47,635 nucleotides of DNA from an uncultured Bacteroidales bacterium (GTDB lineage: Bacteria; Bacteroidota; Bacteroidia; Bacteroidales; SZUA-534), in contig CAZJCR010000004.1 in assembly GCA_964544385.1 (NCBI GenBank), positions 363 to 47,997 on the forward strand, written 5' to 3'. Made by a program: the position numbers and the translations under genes. The notes under the pieces were generated by a model that saw nothing but the letters and a program-made list of their open reading frames with translations, did no database searches and had not been told where the DNA came from. Below, one piece after another: positions 45,201-47,635 of the stretch (position 1 is its first letter; each line of letters begins with the position of its first letter).

Positions 45201-47635
45201 AACAGAGTAACCTGAGTTGTACAACAAAGTGTCGGGCAACCGAACGTTAACTTGTCCAGATGCTGCCGGGGCATACTCGGCCAAAGTTATATAGCCTGTT
45301 ATTTGTGGTACATAAAGCTCAACTTTTATATTTTCGACATTTGCCGATGTAAATTCAACAGCAATAGTGTCGCCAGCATATAAAGGCTGAGACCCGTAAA
45401 CAGTTACATCAGATATTATTGGCAATGTTTCGGATAATGTTGTAAACATTAATGTATCGGCCAAATTAAAGTTGCCTGTTGCATCGCGAACAACGCTGTC
45501 GGTTAAAATTACCGAGTACATAGTTTCGTATTTTAGTGATGCAGCCGGAACAACTGTAACAACTTTGCCTGTTATTGTTGCTTCAAAGCTTACAGCGTTT
45601 TCGGGTGTTAATGTTTCGAACATTTGTATATGCTGCGTAAAACCTGCACCATTTGCAAACGCAACCGAGTCGGCCGATAAAACATTTTCGTTAAATATAA
45701 GCGTAGGGTTAATAGTTACATTAACGTTGTTTGCATTGTTTTCAGGGTTAAATGTTACGTAAGGCGATACTGTATCAACAGGCACTTCGGTTGAGTGTGA
45801 ACCTAAAAACCCGAAAGCATCTTTATCGTAAACTACCCATTCCGAGTTTTCGGTATTTGTGCCTGCCGACAATTCCCAATTTGTATTACCAACAGTAATA
45901 TGCGGTTTACGTACCAAAGTATGGTCTAATGTCGCGTTTTCAATGCCGGCAACATTCCAACCAACTCCGGGGTCAATACCTTGTACACCAATAATATCGA
46001 TAAGTTCGTCGGCTTTAAACAAACCTACAGCATCGTCGCCGTTAAAATTTGTTACCGTGCTTGCTGTATCACCAACCGCGCTAATACCGGCGGCGGCTGA
46101 ACTGTTATAAATAACATACACCTGGTTTGCATCAAGTGTTCCTGTTAACATTAAAGGAGTTGACTGCCAGCTACCGCCATTAGTGGCCAATTTAATTTGA
46201 TAACCGCTAAGGCTTATTGAGTTGCCTGTCGGGTTATAAATTTCGATAGCTTTGTTACTGCTGCTTCCCTCAATATATTCCGAAAAGAATAAGTCGCTTG
46301 TAGCCGGTTCGCTAACAGTAATTTCATAAACGTTAACTGTTATGCCGTCCTGGGCTGTTACAATTAACTGGCAACCAGTAACAAGTTGGGTTGCAACGGT
46401 AATACTGTCGGCCATGTACACCTCGAAAGTTGCGCCTGAAGCTGTTGCAATATTTGTTTTAAAGGTTTCGATGCTTGTATTTGCAGGTACATTGGTAATA
46501 GTAAAAGCAGTGTTGTTTACATTGTAATATATCGATGCAACGGTTGCGTCATTACTTGGGTCTTCAACATCAACTGTAACTGTCCAATCGTTAGTTGTAG
46601 TACCATCTTCGGCAGTAATTGTATAAATAACAGGGTTTGTAAAATCGTTGGCAGTTTCACCGCTAACCTGGCTGGTAGTGCCAACTTTGGCAGTAGCCCC
46701 GTACGACAGTGTAAACAACGCTACTAAGTTTGTAACATTGGTACCATACGGCATCGAAACTATAACTTCGCGAGCTTGTACATCAATTAAGGTATCAACT
46801 TTACCATCGATATAATATGTTAAAATATCGGTTTCGGTATTAAGCGACATGTTTTTAGTTATAGTATAAGTTAGCTTAGTTGTGCCGTCCTGGGCAGTAC
46901 AAATAAGCATGTAACCGGTTTGCAAGTCGGTGGCAATAGTTGTGCCATCGGCCTGGTAAACCTCGAAAGAGGCACCGGCAGCAGCAAAAATGTTGTTTTT
47001 AAAGGTCTCTAAAGTAGCCGACATTGGTACGTTAGTAATAGTATATGCTCCGTTGTCGACAGTATAAACAATTGAGCTTACAGTTGCATCGTTGCTTGGT
47101 GCAGTTGAAATAGTAACATTAACATTATCTAAACCAATATTGCCTTTAGCTTTAGTAGTATAAACCCATTTTATGTACCGTGATTGTTCGAGTAATTCAA
47201 AACCAAATTTAGCAGAGCTACCGGTCGGAATTTCGCCGTCGGTGGTAAAACTATATACTGTAGTATAATCAACTCCGTCGGCCGATTCAAAAATATCAAA
47301 AACGCCGCTCCACTCCCCTGAGCCTACATTGGCTTTTAAATCGATATAAAGCGAGTCGGGTTGTTGGCCAAAATGTAGTTTTAGCATATCGCCGGTATTG
47401 TCGAATTTTGCAATGGCTCCGCTATAATCGGCACCTAAACCTGTTTGCGACCAACCGGTTGGCAGGCCGTTTTGCCATGGCCCCGAGTAAGTAATTGGTA
47501 GTTCGGCAACCGGTTCGGCAAGTACATTAATAGTATAAGTTTTAGTGTCGCCGTTTTGAGCTGTCGAAATAAGTTTATAACCATTAACAATTGCAGTTGC
47601 AAGTGTTAATCCATCGGCTTGGTAAACCTCGAAAG
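42255..47635 (-). CDS. Giant T9SS-secreted multidomain surface protein; 5' end beyond the window
   Basis: C-terminal Por/T9SS sorting domain (LSVYPNPTQGVITVKL...LPQGIYVLKVV) and a CarboxypepD_reg-like domain. Seven tandem ~86-aa cadherin-like beta-sandwich repeats. An OB-like module. An SbsA/Big_5-like Ig domain (~45468-45779). A lamin-tail domain (LFFSEYIEGSSSNKAIEIYN...FNGDDAVGLF, ~45888-46298). At least three ~75-aa repeats of the type FEVYQADGTTIATDLQTGYMLICTAQDGTTKLTYTIT. The frame stays open from 47387 to 47635, so the track Met is internal. Confidence 0.85.
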   Translation of the reverse strand, partial: FEVYQADGLTLATAIVNGYKLISTAQNGDTKTYTINVLAEPVAELPITYSGPWQNGLPTGWSQTGLGADYSGAIAKFDNTGDMLKLHFGQQPDSLYIDLKANVGSGEWSGVFDIFESADGVDYTTVYSFTTDGEIPTGSSAKFGFELLEQSRYIKWVYTTKAKGNIGLDNVNVTISTAPSNDATVSSIVYTVDNGAYTITNVPMSATLETFKNNIFAAAGASFEVYQADGTTIATDLQTGYMLICTAQDGTTKLTYTITKNMSLNTETDILTYYIDGKVDTLIDVQAREVIVSMPYGTNVTNLVALFTLSYGATAKVGTTSQVSGETANDFTNPVIYTITAEDGTTTNDWTVTVDVEDPSNDATVASIYYNVNNTAFTITNVPANTSIETFKTNIATASGATFEVYMADSITVATQLVTGCQLIVTAQDGITVNVYEITVSEPATSDLFFSEYIEGSSSNKAIEIYNPTGNSISLSGYQIKLATNGGSWQSTPLMLTGTLDANQVYVIYNSSAAAGISAVGDTASTVTNFNGDDAVGLFKADELIDIIGVQGIDPGVGWNVAGIENATLDHTLVRKPHITVGNTNWELSAGTNTENSEWVVYDKDAFGFLGSHSTEVPVDTVSPYVTFNPENNANNVNVTINPTLIFNENVLSADSVAFANGAGFTQHIQMFETLTPENAVSFEATITGKVVTVVPAASLKYETMYSVILTDSVVRDATGNFNLADTLMFTTLSETLPIISDVTVYGSQPLYAGDTIAVEFTSANVENIKVELYVPQITGYITLAEYAPAASGQVNVRLPDTLLYNSGYSVKVTDSLNTSIFAETEAFEIRMVATNLSQLLSLPANDIVKYTGEATITYMRQARNQKYIQDTTAAVLIDDNTTAPGFITDTTFVVGDGITNIVGKITVYNGLVEFVPTEVTGQKTQGPAILPETRTVESITNADQCKLVKIENFKFADVNQHSTEGLFVTGKNYTVDGVESTAFAFRTAFAETDYINTAVPENAITLVGLVGRYNDQMQITARNLADFNPGLSDDATLANIYIGESPVENFNADVLEYSIVVPYGTTNIPVVTALANNANAEIEIDQAESLPGTAIITVFAENGVNRLVYNVNFTVAPNTDAKLAAILVNGTNIDNFVADSLVYNYGLPFGTIDLPVVTAVAADTNATVEIVQTAQLTGFATITVTAADNQTSLTYKVNFTVLPNTDATLSAIMVDSVMVEGFDPQTTAYVYKHADSLTVVPTVTATTTDSNAIVLITPATGLPGTTLIKVTAADTTITKTYEVHFVSDSISSDATLVALTVDDEPIQGFKPDSLDYSIVLPYGTTFIPQVKATANNNRAKVTIYQATELPGVATVKVVADDNVTELFYTVTMLVAKNTDATLAVITVNNDTISGFNPSVFEYVIGVDINSALPVVNAIASSNQATVTVEQAVELPGKATINVAAADTAYKNVYVVHFVDSTLSNNSLLSKLFTDSVEIEGFTDTVFEYTITLPFATTKIPVVTVEVQDTNSTVEITQAGQLPGVAKVKVIAPDGATYSVYTVNFNIEPASTNALLASLMVDNSLLQGFNDTIFEYNVELPIGTTKIPVVSATAKHTGALVIVTQASELPGAAYVNVKAQDGFTVLTYTVNFTVKVKTITFNVTDSEPITGAEIEFNSQTKATDSNGKAEFILNVETGEFAYTVTKQGYIVVTGTVDIATTSVVNVTLNKVGIYETGAQLLSVYPNPTQGVITVKLPSGITNADIAIINISGKLQNVVNINNNDKIDLSKLPQGIYVLKVVNSNVWQKIIIE
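42720..44531 (-). repeat. Seven tandem protein-level repeats (86-87 aa each) inside the giant gene
   Basis: Each unit starts D/N-A-T/L-L and contains the conserved (F/L)EY, P-(Y/F)-G/A-T, PVVTA and LPG..T(I/V).V pattern (cadherin-like, PF12733-type). Diverged at the DNA level. Confidence 0.8.

Overview
This 47.6-kb window looks like a chromosomal segment of a low-GC Bacteroidota genome. The evidence for that is a T9SS C-terminal sorting domain, TAnnTTTG-type -7 promoter boxes, a GldA-like ABC ATPase, and GH3-family, NigD-like and LiaF/LytS/LytTR genes. Most of the window is ordinary housekeeping. It holds the conserved DUF177-rpmF-plsX-fabH cluster, cobB, pheS, rnr, lpxK, ribD, prmC, uvrC and tRNA-Phe. 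These are interspersed with signalling genes: four histidine kinases (two of them large PAS types, one a hybrid) and two response regulators. There are also several secreted or outer-membrane hypothetical proteins, and a giant T9SS-secreted repeat protein of more than 1790 aa that runs off the right edge. The most striking thing not explained by genes is a dense family of intergenic repeats. Full-length copies are about 141 bp, with 13-bp terminal inverted repeats (CCCAAATTGAGCG ... CGCTCAACTTAGG), three predicted stem-loops and 5-bp AT-rich direct duplications at the flanks. There are at least 11 full, internally deleted or minimal-hairpin copies and no transposase in the window, so the family behaves like a MITE. 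Several copies sit exactly on stop codons, and one now encodes the C-terminus of a response regulator. Other points worth a second look are a very AT-rich three-gene islet at 31.8-32.9 kb (lipoprotein, Gly/Ala-rich 76-aa peptide, 4-TM protein), a polytopic-membrane-protein / CXXCH-PD40 lipoprotein / gldA-like operon, and an orphan FkbO/RidA-like gene. I saw no CRISPR array, rRNA, transposase, integrase or recognisable defence system. All family assignments come from motif recognition by eye and need database confirmation.
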